From the NCBI GenBank assembly GCA_965203325.1, contig OZ241875.1, positions 3,360,001 through 3,424,000 of the forward strand: a stretch of DNA of 64,000 bases, in the 5' to 3' direction. Source of the DNA: a bacterium. GTDB taxonomy: Bacteria; UBA8248. Every line of letters starts with the position of its first letter. Positions within the stretch are counted from its first letter, which is position 1. This document shows positions 26,019 through 36,102 of this stretch, piece after piece. Under the pieces are notes generated by a model, which worked only from the letters and a program-made list of their open reading frames with translations, made no database searches and was not told the origin of the DNA. The position numbers and the translations under genes are program-made.

Positions 26019-26756
26019 TTAGTGGAAGTAATTGCCGCCGTTCACCAGGAGGGTCTGGCCGGTGACGTAGGCGTTCCGGATCATCATCATGACGGCGTCG
26101 ACCGTCTCCTCCACAGTGCCGAACCGCGCCATCGGCGTGTTCGGCGGGGCGGCGCGCAGGTCCTGTGTCGTCATGTCGGTGTCGATGATGGCGGGCGCCA
26201 CGCTGTTCACCGTTATTCCTTCTTTCACCAGGGCGGCGGCGTAGCCGTGGGTGAGGCCGTGCATGCCCGCCTTCGAAGCCGCGTAGTGCGGCCCGACGCG
26301 CCCGCCCGTGAAGGCGGCGTTCGAGGAGACGTTCACGATTCTGCCCCACCGCGCCTCTCGCATGTCGGGCAGGACGGCCTGCGTGAGCAGAAACGCGGAT
26401 TTGAGATTCACGGCAAGCGTGGCGTCCCAATCGGCCTCGGTGAGTTCGTCGAAAGGTTTCGTGATGGCGATCCCTGCGTTGTTGATGAGGATCGAGACGG
26501 GGCCGTAGCGTTTTCTCGTCTCATCCACGAGGCGGCGCGCGTCTTCGGCCTGCGATACGTCCGCCTGGATGATAAAGGCCGCACCGCCCGCCTCTTCTAT
26601 CAGGCGGCGGGTCTCCTCCGCCTCGTCCGCGCGCTCGCGGTAGTTCACCGCCACGCGGCAGCCCGCGCTCCCCAGGGCCAGCGCGCACCCGCGTCCGATG
26701 CCCCGGCTCGCGCCGGTGACGATGCAGGTTTTTCCTTTCATAAGGTCTGGCGACAA
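26019..26756 (-). CDS. Short-chain dehydrogenase/reductase (FabG-like)
   Basis: TGASRGIG, NNAG, YAASK. Start is 26756 (TTG) or 26741 (ATG). Confidence 0.9.
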   Translation of the reverse strand: MSPDLMKGKTCIVTGASRGIGRGCALALGSAGCRVAVNYRERADEAEETRRLIEEAGGAAFIIQADVSQAEDARRLVDETRKRYGPVSILINNAGIAITKPFDELTEADWDATLAVNLKSAFLLTQAVLPDMREARWGRIVNVSSNAAFTGGRVGPHYAASKAGMHGLTHGYAAALVKEGITVNSVAPAIIDTDMTTQDLRAAPPNTPMARFGTVEETVDAVMMMIRNAYVTGQTLLVNGGNYFH

Positions 26757-26867
26757 CGGCGCGTCTCCCCGGAGTGTGAAAGCCCCATCCTAATTCATCC
26801 GCCGCGAGAAGGGCAGTCGCAGGGGGGAATTTTATCGTCTCGGGGCCGTGGTGGTATATTGCCCGGC

Positions 26868-27884
26868 ATGAGTGGAGAAAACATTCGCTTGGCTTGCGTC
26901 GGTCTGGGCCGCTGGGCCGGCGTGCTGGCGGAAGGGGTCCGGAAAACGCCGGGGCTTCGAATCGCCGCCTGCCATACGAGGTCGGACGAGCGCAAGGAAG
27001 CTTTCGCCGAAAAATACGGTTGCAGGCCCTGTCCCGATTATGCGGCCATACTCGACGACCCGGATATCGACGCCGTCGTCCTCACCACGCCCCACAGCGC
27101 GCATAAAGAGCAAGTCCTCGCGGCGGCCCGCGCCGGGAAGCACGTCTTCGTCGAAAAGCCGATCGCCGTCACGCTCGGTGACGCCCGCGCCTGCGTGGAG
27201 GCCTGCGAGAGCGCGGGCGTCGTCTTGATGGTGGGGCATTGCTGGCGCTGGGTGGCGTCGGTCCAGGAGGCGAAATCGTTGCTCGATGCGGGCGCCCTCG
27301 GCGAGGTGACGCAGGCGGCGGGGCATTTCGGCAACCCGCGCGCCCGCAACTACGGCAGGGAAATCTGGCGCGACGACCCCGAAGAATCCCCCCTCGGGCC
27401 GTTCACGGGGCCGGGCTTTCACCTCCTGGATATCCTGAAGTACCTCCTGGGGCCGGTCGAGGAAGCATTCGCCGTACTGGAGCGGAAGATGTCGTCGGGG
27501 CGGATACCGGACACCGCTTCGGGCGCGCTCCGGTTCGCTTCAGGCCCGATCGCCCAGGTGAGTTCGAGCTTCGTGACGCCGCGCCGCTACCAGTTTTCCC
27601 TGTTCGGAACCGAGGCGAACCTCTACGTGAACGCGGATCTACAGGGCGGAACCCCCGCCGCACCCGGCCTCGTCATCCACAGGCGGGACGAGGAGGCGCC
27701 CGAAGTCCTCGCGGTCGAGAAGACCGACATGATCGCCCGCCACATGGCGTCTTTCGCGGAAAGCATCCGCGATGGCGCGCCACCTTTCACCGACGGACGG
27801 GAGGGAGCCGCCCTCGTCGCGCTGCTCTGCGCCATGCTCGCCTCATCGAAGGCGGGCGGATGGGCGCAAGTGGAAACGCCTTGA
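26868..27884 (+). CDS. Gfo/Idh/MocA-family oxidoreductase
   Basis: ATG at 26868; VGLGRW, AGKHVFVEKP, FHLLD. Confidence 0.9.
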   Translation: MSGENIRLACVGLGRWAGVLAEGVRKTPGLRIAACHTRSDERKEAFAEKYGCRPCPDYAAILDDPDIDAVVLTTPHSAHKEQVLAAARAGKHVFVEKPIAVTLGDARACVEACESAGVVLMVGHCWRWVASVQEAKSLLDAGALGEVTQAAGHFGNPRARNYGREIWRDDPEESPLGPFTGPGFHLLDILKYLLGPVEEAFAVLERKMSSGRIPDTASGALRFASGPIAQVSSSFVTPRRYQFSLFGTEANLYVNADLQGGTPAAPGLVIHRRDEEAPEVLAVEKTDMIARHMASFAESIRDGAPPFTDGREGAALVALLCAMLASSKAGGWAQVETP

Positions 27885-27926
27885 GGGTATCAGGCGGCAT
27901 CGGATTTTATTGCCCGCCTCAAAAAA

Positions 27927-28829
27927 TCACTTCCCCCACACGACGGCCCATGCGCCCAGCACCGAGCAGGCCCCGCCGATGATGACCTGCGCGCTCACGC
28001 GCTCCTGTTTCCTGAAGAACAGCCAGGAGAAGAGGATGACGATCAGGATCGAGAGCCGGTTGATGGGAACCACCTGGATGACCTCGCCGTCCTTGATCGC
28101 CCACCAGAAGAAGAACGCGGCCAGAAAGTTGCACGTCGCGCCCAGGGCCGTGATGAGGAGCGAATGGCGGGTGAAAGGGCTGCTTTTCATCTGGAGCGCC
28201 GGGAAGAAGAAGGCGCTCGCGAGCAGGAGCGTGAGCGTCGTCATGTTCGAGACGCCCATCCCGAGCGTGACCGAGGGGATGTGGACGAAGCCGTATTTTC
28301 TCACGATGTGGGAGATGCTCGCAAACGCCGCACCCGCCACGGGAATGAGGTAGTAGGTGAGGGGGATGCGTCTCTGGGTGGCTTTCCTGTCGTAAAGGAG
28401 CAGGACGCCGCCCGCCATGATGCCGAGCGTTCCCAGCGTAACGAGAGGGGTGAGCCTCTCGCCCAGCAGAATCACGGCCAGTCCCGAGGACCAGACGAGG
28501 CCCGTCTGCGTCAGGATGGGCGTGCGGGCCAGCCCCACGAGCTTGATGGATATCATCCCCATGTAGCGCCCGCCCAGCCCGCCGACCGCGCCCACGAGAA
28601 CGAACCACAGGATGCCGTAGAGCGGCCAGTGGTCGAGTCCCTCGCCCGCCGCGTAGAGGCCGAGCGCGAAGATGGTGGTGATGATGGTTGCGATCACCGT
28701 CGTCACGAGCGGGCTCAGGCTCATGAGCGCGCCCCGGTAGAGCGTCCTGGCGACCGAGATGAAAAACGCCGAGAGAAGCGCCATCAGGTTGGGATGAAGG
28801 GAGTCGAACAAGCGTAAAACCCAGAGCAA
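27927..28829 (-). CDS. DMT/EamA-family transporter
   Basis: ~10 hydrophobic segments, LLGERLT, VVPINRLS...KQERVS. Start uncertain. Confidence 0.85.
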   Translation of the reverse strand: MLWVLRLFDSLHPNLMALLSAFFISVARTLYRGALMSLSPLVTTVIATIITTIFALGLYAAGEGLDHWPLYGILWFVLVGAVGGLGGRYMGMISIKLVGLARTPILTQTGLVWSSGLAVILLGERLTPLVTLGTLGIMAGGVLLLYDRKATQRRIPLTYYLIPVAGAAFASISHIVRKYGFVHIPSVTLGMGVSNMTTLTLLLASAFFFPALQMKSSPFTRHSLLITALGATCNFLAAFFFWWAIKDGEVIQVVPINRLSILIVILFSWLFFRKQERVSAQVIIGGACSVLGAWAVVWGK

Positions 28830-28907
28830 GGGAAAACGCCATTATCCACCGGCGGTGAGAGCGGGGCAAGGTGTGGGCGGTTTTGAGTAGAGAGGGATAG
28901 CGTCTTC

Positions 28908-29041
28908 GTAGGGGCGGACCGATGTGTCCGCCCCCCTGTCATCATGGCGAACATACGTGCGGGCGGACACATCGGTCCGCCCCTACGGAAAAATATGGTT
29001 CTTGTGTGAGGAAGCAGGGACAGGTCGCGACCCGTCCCTGC
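28908..29041. repeat. GTAG-type REP cluster (inverted 26-bp doublet plus a further palindrome)
   Basis: GTAGGGGCGGACCGATGTGTCCGCCC (28908-33), its exact reverse complement (28961-86), and GCAGGGACAGGTCGCGACCCGTCCCTGC (29014-41). Confidence 0.85.
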
Positions 29042-29045
29042 AGAC

Positions 29046-29771
29046 TTACGCGGATAGATGTTGCGCGGTAGTGGCCGCCGCCGTCCCGTTTGCGGCTGGA
29101 GCGCATCCGTTCGCGGTCGCGCGCATCATCCGCTTGAGCGCGAGAACGGCGCTCTCGGGGCTGCTGAGCACCGTCGAATCCACACGGCGGGAGACCGCAT
29201 CCCGCGCCCGCGCCATGGAGAACTGCGCGAGCAGGACGACGTCGGTACGAGGCCTCTCAGCCGCGGCCTGTGCGATGAGTGCATCATGCGTGTCAGGGTC
29301 ACCCGCATGGAGGGCGTCGAGTGCGCCCGGCACGTAGGAGTTTTCGATTGTGAGGTCGACTTTTCTTTGCTCGGCCAGGGCTTCGAGTTCGCGCCTTATC
29401 GAGGGGCCGGACGGCCGGAACGTGGAGAGGACTTGGATACGGCCTTCAAGCGCCAGCGCCTCATCGAGCATCGCCTGGTTGGGTTTCAGGACGGGAACCA
29501 GGAGCCTCGCCCCTGCGGTCTCGATTGCCGGGCCGAAGGCCGAGCAGGAGAAGAGGATCGCCTGAGCACCCCCTCGGTGCGCGAACGTAGCGAGCCTCTC
29601 CACGCGCTCGTTGATCTCGGTCGTGAGGTGGCCGATCCGGTCCAGATCGCGGGCCAGGGATTCGTCGATGAGCTGGACGACCTCGGCTTCGGGCCAATGG
29701 TTTTCGAACGCGGCTTCGATGGGCGATACCGCGACGCGCGTCGCATGAACGACGCCGATGATGGTGGACAT
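29046..29771 (-). CDS. Asp/Glu/hydantoin racemase-family protein
   Basis: ILFSCSAFGPAIE, VPVLKPN, LLAQFSMARA, VLSSPESAV. Confidence 0.8.
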   Translation of the reverse strand: MSTIIGVVHATRVAVSPIEAAFENHWPEAEVVQLIDESLARDLDRIGHLTTEINERVERLATFAHRGGAQAILFSCSAFGPAIETAGARLLVPVLKPNQAMLDEALALEGRIQVLSTFRPSGPSIRRELEALAEQRKVDLTIENSYVPGALDALHAGDPDTHDALIAQAAAERPRTDVVLLAQFSMARARDAVSRRVDSTVLSSPESAVLALKRMMRATANGCAPAANGTAAATTAQHLSA

Positions 29772-29862
29772 GGTTTCGGGCGTATCCTTACAAATGATCG
29801 CGTATGAATATGATGACAACGACGCGGGATTCTAGGCGAAACGCGGTTTGATGGCAAGGGCG

Positions 29863-29926
29863 GGGCGGACATTCAGGTCCGTCCCTATGCCAGAACCCGT
29901 AGGGGCCGTTCGCGAACGGCCCCTAC
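29863..29926. repeat. GTAG-type REP palindromes
   Basis: GGGCGGACATTCAGGTCCGTCCCTA and GTAGGGGCCGTTCGCGAACGGCCCCTAC. Confidence 0.8.
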
Positions 29927-29944
29927 AGGCTTGGGTTCTCACAT

Positions 29945-31720
29945 CTACTTCTCAGGCACCACGGGCAGCATGATGTAGGATGCGTGCTCGGGTCCGCAGT
30001 GGAGCGTCACGTTCTTGCCGAAAATCTCCTCGGGCCTGTCCGTGGGGTCGTCGTGCAGAAACGGCCCGCAGCCCCGGAACACGTTCTTCATGTTCGAGAG
30101 CTTGTGCGTGGTGACGCAGCTGTATTCGTAGTCCTTGCCGCGCACGCTGAGCGCCAGCCGGTAGCCGGGGGGCACCACGATGCAGGTGGGCCAGACCTCG
30201 ATGTCGAGCTCGTATATCTCGCCCGGCGTCAGGTATTGCTTCTCATCATGCGCCTGGTAGGGCTTCCACTCCGTCGAGAGTTCGGGCACGAGCTTTCTTT
30301 GCGAGGCTCTGAGCCAGCCCTGCGCGATGGGCGTGTTCGGGTCGAGCGTGCCCTGGAAGGTGATCTCCTTCATGTCGGGCGTGAACAGGCGCAGGACCAG
30401 AAACAAGTCCGCATCCTGGGTTTCGGATGAGACGAAGAGTTTCGAAGCCATGGGACCGGTTATCTCCGTCTCCTCATCGAACGGCGGGAACATGAACGTC
30501 ACGCCGTCACTGAAGCCCCCGTAGGTGATGGTCTGATCGGTGTCGAGCGGCGCTGAATCGAGGCACATTTGGGCGGGGTTCAGGTAGAACTTCGTCCACT
30601 TCGTCCGCGCGAGGGGCCATTCGTTCTCGCCGCGCTCGACGAATTTCTCCCCGACGTGGCGCACCTTGAGCATGACGGGCGGCTTCTCCATCCAGCCGGT
30701 TTCCTCGCCTTTCAAGTAGTGGCCGAAGAACTGCTTCTGGAGCTTCTCCCCGTAGGGGGTGTAGAACTCCGTCCAGTGCTCGAAGCCGTGGACTTCCAGC
30801 CATTTCTCGGTGGACGCCGCGCGCATGAAGCCTTCGTAGTTCCCCCTCGGGTGCAGACCCTGTCCGCCCCAGCTCGCCGCCGAGATGAAGGGCGTCTTTA
30901 TTTTCTCCCAGTGGGCGGAGCGATCCTGATACCACTCGCCGTCGAGCGGACGCTCCAGGATGTCGCCCCCGTAGTCCGAGCGGTTTTTCTCCATTTCCTC
31001 CTCGCTCAGGGTGTCGGGGCCGCATACCAGACCGCCGTGGACGCGGCTCTTGGGGCCGTTCTCGCCCAGGCCGTGCTGCACGGACTTCACCTGCATGTCG
31101 TACCAGTTGGCCAGGAACGTGGTGAGGATGCCGCCCTGGTGGCTCATGTCGCGGTAGAAATCCGCCGCGCCCTCCCAGACGCACATGGCTTCCAGGTACT
31201 TGGGCTGCAGACCCGCCACGTGCCACTGGTTGATGGCGTAATACGATATGCCCGTGAGGCCCACCTTGCCGTTGCACCAGGGCTGCTCGCCCGCCCATTC
31301 GATGCAGATGGCGAAGTCCTTGGTCTCGCGCGGGGAGAAGTGGTCGATGTAGCCTGGCGAGCGGCCCGCGCCGCGCGAGTCCACGCGCACGCAGATGTAG
31401 CCGTCGGGCACCCATTTCTCGGGGTCCACGACCTCCCAGCTCTGGTGGATGTTCGAGGAACCCGCGATGGCGTCGGGGTGGCCTGTGGCGAAAAGCTCCC
31501 ACGCCGTCTCGTAGCCGTCCTGCCATGCGAGGTCTTTCGCGTAGGGGCCGTAGCTCAGGATGACGGGGTATTCGCCGTCGTCATCGGGCCGGTAGACGTT
31601 CGCCCGCAGCACCAAGCCGTCTTCCATCCGGATGGGGACGTCCCATTCGATGAGAAAGCCGTGCATTTTTTCGGTTCGGTATTGCGGGTCCGTGCTCAGG
31701 TCGATGTCGCTCATGTTCAC
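29945..31720 (-). CDS. CocE/NonD-family hydrolase (peptidase S15), paralogue 2
   Basis: VDSRGAGRSPG, GKVGLTGISYY nucleophile motif, PepX C-terminal domain. Confidence 0.9.
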   Translation of the reverse strand: MNMSDIDLSTDPQYRTEKMHGFLIEWDVPIRMEDGLVLRANVYRPDDDGEYPVILSYGPYAKDLAWQDGYETAWELFATGHPDAIAGSSNIHQSWEVVDPEKWVPDGYICVRVDSRGAGRSPGYIDHFSPRETKDFAICIEWAGEQPWCNGKVGLTGISYYAINQWHVAGLQPKYLEAMCVWEGAADFYRDMSHQGGILTTFLANWYDMQVKSVQHGLGENGPKSRVHGGLVCGPDTLSEEEMEKNRSDYGGDILERPLDGEWYQDRSAHWEKIKTPFISAASWGGQGLHPRGNYEGFMRAASTEKWLEVHGFEHWTEFYTPYGEKLQKQFFGHYLKGEETGWMEKPPVMLKVRHVGEKFVERGENEWPLARTKWTKFYLNPAQMCLDSAPLDTDQTITYGGFSDGVTFMFPPFDEETEITGPMASKLFVSSETQDADLFLVLRLFTPDMKEITFQGTLDPNTPIAQGWLRASQRKLVPELSTEWKPYQAHDEKQYLTPGEIYELDIEVWPTCIVVPPGYRLALSVRGKDYEYSCVTTHKLSNMKNVFRGCGPFLHDDPTDRPEEIFGKNVTLHCGPEHASYIMLPVVPEK

Positions 31721-31755
31721 CTCATCTCTTGAGTGGGAAGTTTCATCTTCCGCGC

Positions 31756-33510
31756 CTATTTCTCGGGAATCACCGGCAGCATCACGTAGGCCTCGTGCTC
31801 CCCGCCGCAGTGGAGCGTCACGTTCTTGCCGAACACATCAGGCGGCCTGTCCTTCGGGTCGTTGTGGATGAAGCAACCGCAGCCGGTGAATTCGTTTTTC
31901 ATGTTGGAGAGGCCGCCGCCTGACCCGCCGGGGTAGACGTAGTCCTTGCCGCGCACCGTGAAGGCGACCCGGTAGCCCTCGGGAATCACGATGCAGGTCG
32001 GCCATACCTCGATGTCGAGTTCATACACCTCGCCCGGCGTCAGGGGCTGCTCTTCATCGTGCGTGTGGTAGGGCCTGTAGGGCAGGGTTTTTTCGGGGTC
32101 GAGTTTTCGGTGCGAGGCTCTCAACCAGCCCTGCGCGATGGGGGTGTGCGGGTCGAGCGCGCCCTGGAATACGACTTCTTCCATGTCCGGCGTGAAGACG
32201 CGCACGACGAGGAACATATCCGCATCCTTCGTTTCCGACGACACGAAGAGCTTGGCCGCGATGGGGCCGGTGACTTCGGTTTCTTCCGGTATGGGCGGCG
32301 TGACGAAGGTGACGCCCTCGCTGAAACCCGCGTAGGTGGCGGTCGCCGCCTCGGCGACGGGCGCGTCTTCGAGCGTATGGGTTTTCGCGTTCAGGTAGTA
32401 TTTCGTCCACTGCGTGCGCGCCAGCGGCCATTCGTTCTCGTGCCGCTCGACGAAGCGTTCGCCGGGATGGCGCACCTGAAGCAGCACCCGGGGCTGATCC
32501 GGCCAGCCGGTGTCCTCGCCTTTTAAGTAATGGCCGAAAAATTTCTTCTGCATGTTGACGCCGTAGTCGGTGTAAAACTCCGTCCAGTGTTCGATGCCGT
32601 GGACTTCGAGCCATTTCTCCTCGCATCCTGCTTCCAGGAAACCCTCGAAGTTCCCGCGCGGGTGGAGACCCTGCCCGCCCCAGTTGGCGGTAGAAAGAAG
32701 CGGCGCCTGGATTTTGCTGAAGTCCGGCATCCGCGACTGCCAGTATTCGTCGGTGTCGAGCTTGTGGGAAAAACAATCCTCGCCGAAGTCCCGGCGGTTG
32801 GCGCCGAGTTCTTCCTCGGTCAAGGTGATGGGGCCGGATACCCAGTCGCCCGTGAAGCGGCTCTTGAAGCCGCGCGTGCCGAGGCCGTGCTGGACGGTGT
32901 AGACCTGCATCTCGGACCAGTTGCGCGCGAAACCGTTGCAGAAGATGCCGCCGTGGTGGGCCATTTCCCGGTAGAAATCGGCCGCGCCTTCCCAGACGCA
33001 CATGGCGGCGAGGTGAGGCGGCTGCATTCCGCCCACCTGCCACTGGTTCATGCCGTAGTAGGAGATGCCGTTCAGCCCGATCTTGCCGGAACTCCAGGAC
33101 TGCACGGCCGCCCACTCGATGCACTCGTACAAGTCCTGCGCCTCGCGCGCCGACCAGATGTCGATGACGCCCGGCGAGCGGCCCGCTCCGCGCGAGTCCA
33201 CGCGAATGCAGACGTAGCCGTCCGGTACCCATTTTTCGGGGTCCACGACCTCCCAGTTCTGGTACTTGTTGGTGGAGCCTGCTGGCACGTCGGGGTGTTG
33301 CTCGACCATGCGCGTCCAGCAGGTCTCGTACAGGTCCTCGAAGTGCAGGTATTTTCCATACGGCCCATACGTCAGGATGACGGGGTATTTCCCCGCATCG
33401 TCCTGGGGGCGGTAGACGTCGCAGCGCAGAACGACCCCGTCTTCCATGGGGATGGGCATGTCCCAGTCGATGCGCATTCCGTCTCTGTCTTCGGTCTTGT
33501 AATCGCTCAT
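31756..33510 (-). CDS. CocE/NonD-family hydrolase (peptidase S15), paralogue 1
   Basis: VDSRGAGRSPG, GKIGLNGISYY; full-length similarity to its neighbour. Confidence 0.9.
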   Translation of the reverse strand: MSDYKTEDRDGMRIDWDMPIPMEDGVVLRCDVYRPQDDAGKYPVILTYGPYGKYLHFEDLYETCWTRMVEQHPDVPAGSTNKYQNWEVVDPEKWVPDGYVCIRVDSRGAGRSPGVIDIWSAREAQDLYECIEWAAVQSWSSGKIGLNGISYYGMNQWQVGGMQPPHLAAMCVWEGAADFYREMAHHGGIFCNGFARNWSEMQVYTVQHGLGTRGFKSRFTGDWVSGPITLTEEELGANRRDFGEDCFSHKLDTDEYWQSRMPDFSKIQAPLLSTANWGGQGLHPRGNFEGFLEAGCEEKWLEVHGIEHWTEFYTDYGVNMQKKFFGHYLKGEDTGWPDQPRVLLQVRHPGERFVERHENEWPLARTQWTKYYLNAKTHTLEDAPVAEAATATYAGFSEGVTFVTPPIPEETEVTGPIAAKLFVSSETKDADMFLVVRVFTPDMEEVVFQGALDPHTPIAQGWLRASHRKLDPEKTLPYRPYHTHDEEQPLTPGEVYELDIEVWPTCIVIPEGYRVAFTVRGKDYVYPGGSGGGLSNMKNEFTGCGCFIHNDPKDRPPDVFGKNVTLHCGGEHEAYVMLPVIPEK

Positions 33511-33662
33511 TCGGCCTTTCTCCTCGGTTCATCGAAGATGTTTGAGTGCCGGCGGCGCAGGGAGCCGCCATGGAAATTTTGGTTGTCGTATCGGTGAACG
33601 CGGCGATTATAGCGGCCTTGCGCCTCGTGATCCAGATGCGGGAGCACCACCGCTTCGTTCCG

Positions 33663-34985
33663 TTATCCGGCGAAGTGATCCATCGCGGCGAAACCGATAC
33701 CCATCAGCGCCGCGACGCCCAGGGTCCTCATGAGAGACTGGTGCCGCCACAGGAGCATGACCGCGCTCACGATGCCGATGAGCAGAACCCGCCAGTCCAG
33801 GGTGTGCCACACCGGCGCAAGGAGTTTGACCGGGCCGATTTGCCTAGAGGGCAGTTCGGTGAACAGGACGTGCAGGCCGAACCAGATGGAGAGGTTCAAG
33901 ATGACGCCCACCACCGCCGCCGTGATCGCCTCGAGGGCGCCCTTCAGCCTCGGCTGGGCCGTGAGCTGTTCGATATAGGGCGCGCCGGCGAATATCCACA
34001 GGAAACAGGGCGCGAACGTGACCCAGAGCGTGACCAGCGCGCCGGCGATTCCCATGCTCACCCCGCCCGCACGGTATCCGGCGACGTAGCCTACGAACTC
34101 GGTGACCAGGATGAGCGGTCCCGGAGTGGTTTCCGCCAGTCCCAGGCCGTCCATCATCTCACCGGCGCTCAACCAGCCTTTATGGGTCACCACGTCCTGC
34201 GCCAGGTAGGCGAGCACCGCATAGGCGCCGCCGAACGTGACCACCGCGAGGCGGGAGAAGAAATTGCCGATCTGCACCAGAATATCGTAGCCGCCCAGGG
34301 CCATCATCATCAGCACCGGCGTCCACCAGACAGCCATCCATACCGCCACCGTCCTCACCGTGCCGGAGACCGACCCGCCTCCCCGCCCTGTCCCGGTCTT
34401 TTCGGTGCTCTGGCCGCCCAACAGGAAAAATCCGGCCAGGGCGGTTACCAGGATAATGAGGGGGAACGGAGCCGAGAGAAAGAAGATGGCCACGAAGGCC
34501 AGGCCGGCAATGACCCAGTGCACGGCGGAATGCAGCGCTCTTTTCGCCACCCGCAGCAACGCTTCCATCACGATGATGAGAACCGCGCCCTTGATCCCCA
34601 GAAACAGCGCGGCCATGACCGGCAGGTGGCCCACGGCCATGTAGAGCATCGCCAGCCCGAGCACCACCAAAGCGCCCGGGACCACGAACAAGAGCCCCGC
34701 CAGCAGCCCGCCGCGCACGCCGCGAAGCTGCCACCCCGCGTAGGTGGCGAGCTGCATGGCCTCGGGGCCGGGCAGCAGCATGCAGAAGCTGAGCGCGCCC
34801 AGGAACCTCGGCTCGTCGAGCCATCCTTCCTCCTCCACCAGGATTCGGTGCATGACCGCTATCTGCGCCGCCGGGCCGCCGAATGAGAGTATCCCGATGC
34901 GCCAGAATACGGAGAGCATCCGCCGCCACGAGATGTCGGATTCCCGATGTGCGTCACCGCCGCCGGAGTCTGCGACTCCCATCAT
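33663..34985 (-). CDS. chrA: Chromate efflux transporter (long-chain CHR)
   Basis: SFGGPAAQIA, LLPGPEAMQLA, TFGGAYAVL, AETTPGP. Confidence 0.9.
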   Translation of the reverse strand: MMGVADSGGGDAHRESDISWRRMLSVFWRIGILSFGGPAAQIAVMHRILVEEEGWLDEPRFLGALSFCMLLPGPEAMQLATYAGWQLRGVRGGLLAGLLFVVPGALVVLGLAMLYMAVGHLPVMAALFLGIKGAVLIIVMEALLRVAKRALHSAVHWVIAGLAFVAIFFLSAPFPLIILVTALAGFFLLGGQSTEKTGTGRGGGSVSGTVRTVAVWMAVWWTPVLMMMALGGYDILVQIGNFFSRLAVVTFGGAYAVLAYLAQDVVTHKGWLSAGEMMDGLGLAETTPGPLILVTEFVGYVAGYRAGGVSMGIAGALVTLWVTFAPCFLWIFAGAPYIEQLTAQPRLKGALEAITAAVVGVILNLSIWFGLHVLFTELPSRQIGPVKLLAPVWHTLDWRVLLIGIVSAVMLLWRHQSLMRTLGVAALMGIGFAAMDHFAG

Positions 34986-35061
34986 GGTCCTCCGTTACCC
35001 GTCGGAATCGAGGCCGGGATGATGGTGTTGTTCGTTTCTGAACACAACGGAAGTGGCTGTA

Positions 35062-36093
35062 TCAATCCGTGCGGTAGGCTTGCGTGATGGCCTGGCTCGA
35101 GGTGTTCCAGCCGGGTATGACGAGGCAGGACGGGCCGGGGATGCCGCCCGCGACGATGAGCAGGATGTCTTCGGGTTCGTGCACCATCGGGGCGAGAGAA
35201 GCGTCGTCGTCGTGGTCCACCCAGTCCGGCCAGCGCGAGAGTTCGCGCCCCCGGTAGCGCCCGCCTTTTTTGAGGACGCCCACGGGCATTCTCGCCCGCT
35301 CGAAGAGTTCTCGTTTCACGTCCGCGCGGCTCAGGCCCCCCCTCGCCAGGATGTCGGCGTGATCGGGGGCGACGACGATCACCCAGTTCGTCTGCGTGTA
35401 GGCCGTCGTGGCGCCCATGGCGCACATGGTGTGCGAGAGCGTGGTGAGGACGCCCTCGGGCGCGGCGCTCACGTCGTCCATCGCCATGCGCGGCGCCTCG
35501 GCGTTGCAGACAGTGAGGACGTTCTCATCCTTCCCGAAACCGAAATCGCCCGGCATCGGCGCCCAGGGGCTTTGCTCCTCGTTCTCGCGGACGCAGTAGG
35601 TGAATTTGGAGGGGCTGCCGAAGGTGCTCATGTCCGAGACGCCCGGAATGCCGCCGCCCAGGTTCATCATGATGAGTCTTATCGCCCGGCCGATGGCGGC
35701 GTTCGCCCGGAATCCGGGGCCGAAGCACCCCGAACCGCCGTGGACGCCGATCTCCCTGGCGTAGGGGCCGTTCAGTATCAGCAGGGGCCCGCCGGTGAAC
35801 ATGGTGGCCTGAATGCCCACGAGGTTGAAGCGTTCGACCAGCATGGCCTCGATAGCTCCCAGCACCACGGGCAGGTATTCGGGTTTGCACCCCGCCATCA
35901 GGGCGTGAAGGGCGACGCTCTCCACCGTCGCCGTGTTGAGCGAGGGGGGTATGTCGCCCAGAACTTCGCCTGCGTCTCTGCCCGTGCCGCCCAGCATCCG
36001 GGCGAGGCGCTCGGGCGTCGGCGTCACCACGGGCAGCCCGTCCGACCAGGGCATCTCGAAGAAATACTCGAAAGGGTCTTGCGTTTCGTTCAT
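35062..36093 (-). CDS. Conserved uncharacterised protein (W-x-DGLPVV-x-PT family)
   Basis: WSDGLPVVTPTPERLARML, ALMAGCKPEYLPVV, GPGFRANAAIGRA; 9 nt after the TatD-family stop. Confidence 0.75.
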   Translation of the reverse strand: MNETQDPFEYFFEMPWSDGLPVVTPTPERLARMLGGTGRDAGEVLGDIPPSLNTATVESVALHALMAGCKPEYLPVVLGAIEAMLVERFNLVGIQATMFTGGPLLILNGPYAREIGVHGGSGCFGPGFRANAAIGRAIRLIMMNLGGGIPGVSDMSTFGSPSKFTYCVRENEEQSPWAPMPGDFGFGKDENVLTVCNAEAPRMAMDDVSAAPEGVLTTLSHTMCAMGATTAYTQTNWVIVVAPDHADILARGGLSRADVKRELFERARMPVGVLKKGGRYRGRELSRWPDWVDHDDDASLAPMVHEPEDILLIVAGGIPGPSCLVIPGWNTSSQAITQAYRTD

Positions 36094-36102
36094 TGCGTGT
36101 CC

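Noticed and set aside
26022..26867. 620-aa fused ORF
   Set aside because: The first 282 codons are antisense to the SDR gene; the Gfo/Idh/MocA protein starts at 26868.
15445..29926. CRISPR array
   Set aside because: The repeats are palindromic REP/MITE units without regular repeat-spacer periodicity, and there are no cas genes.
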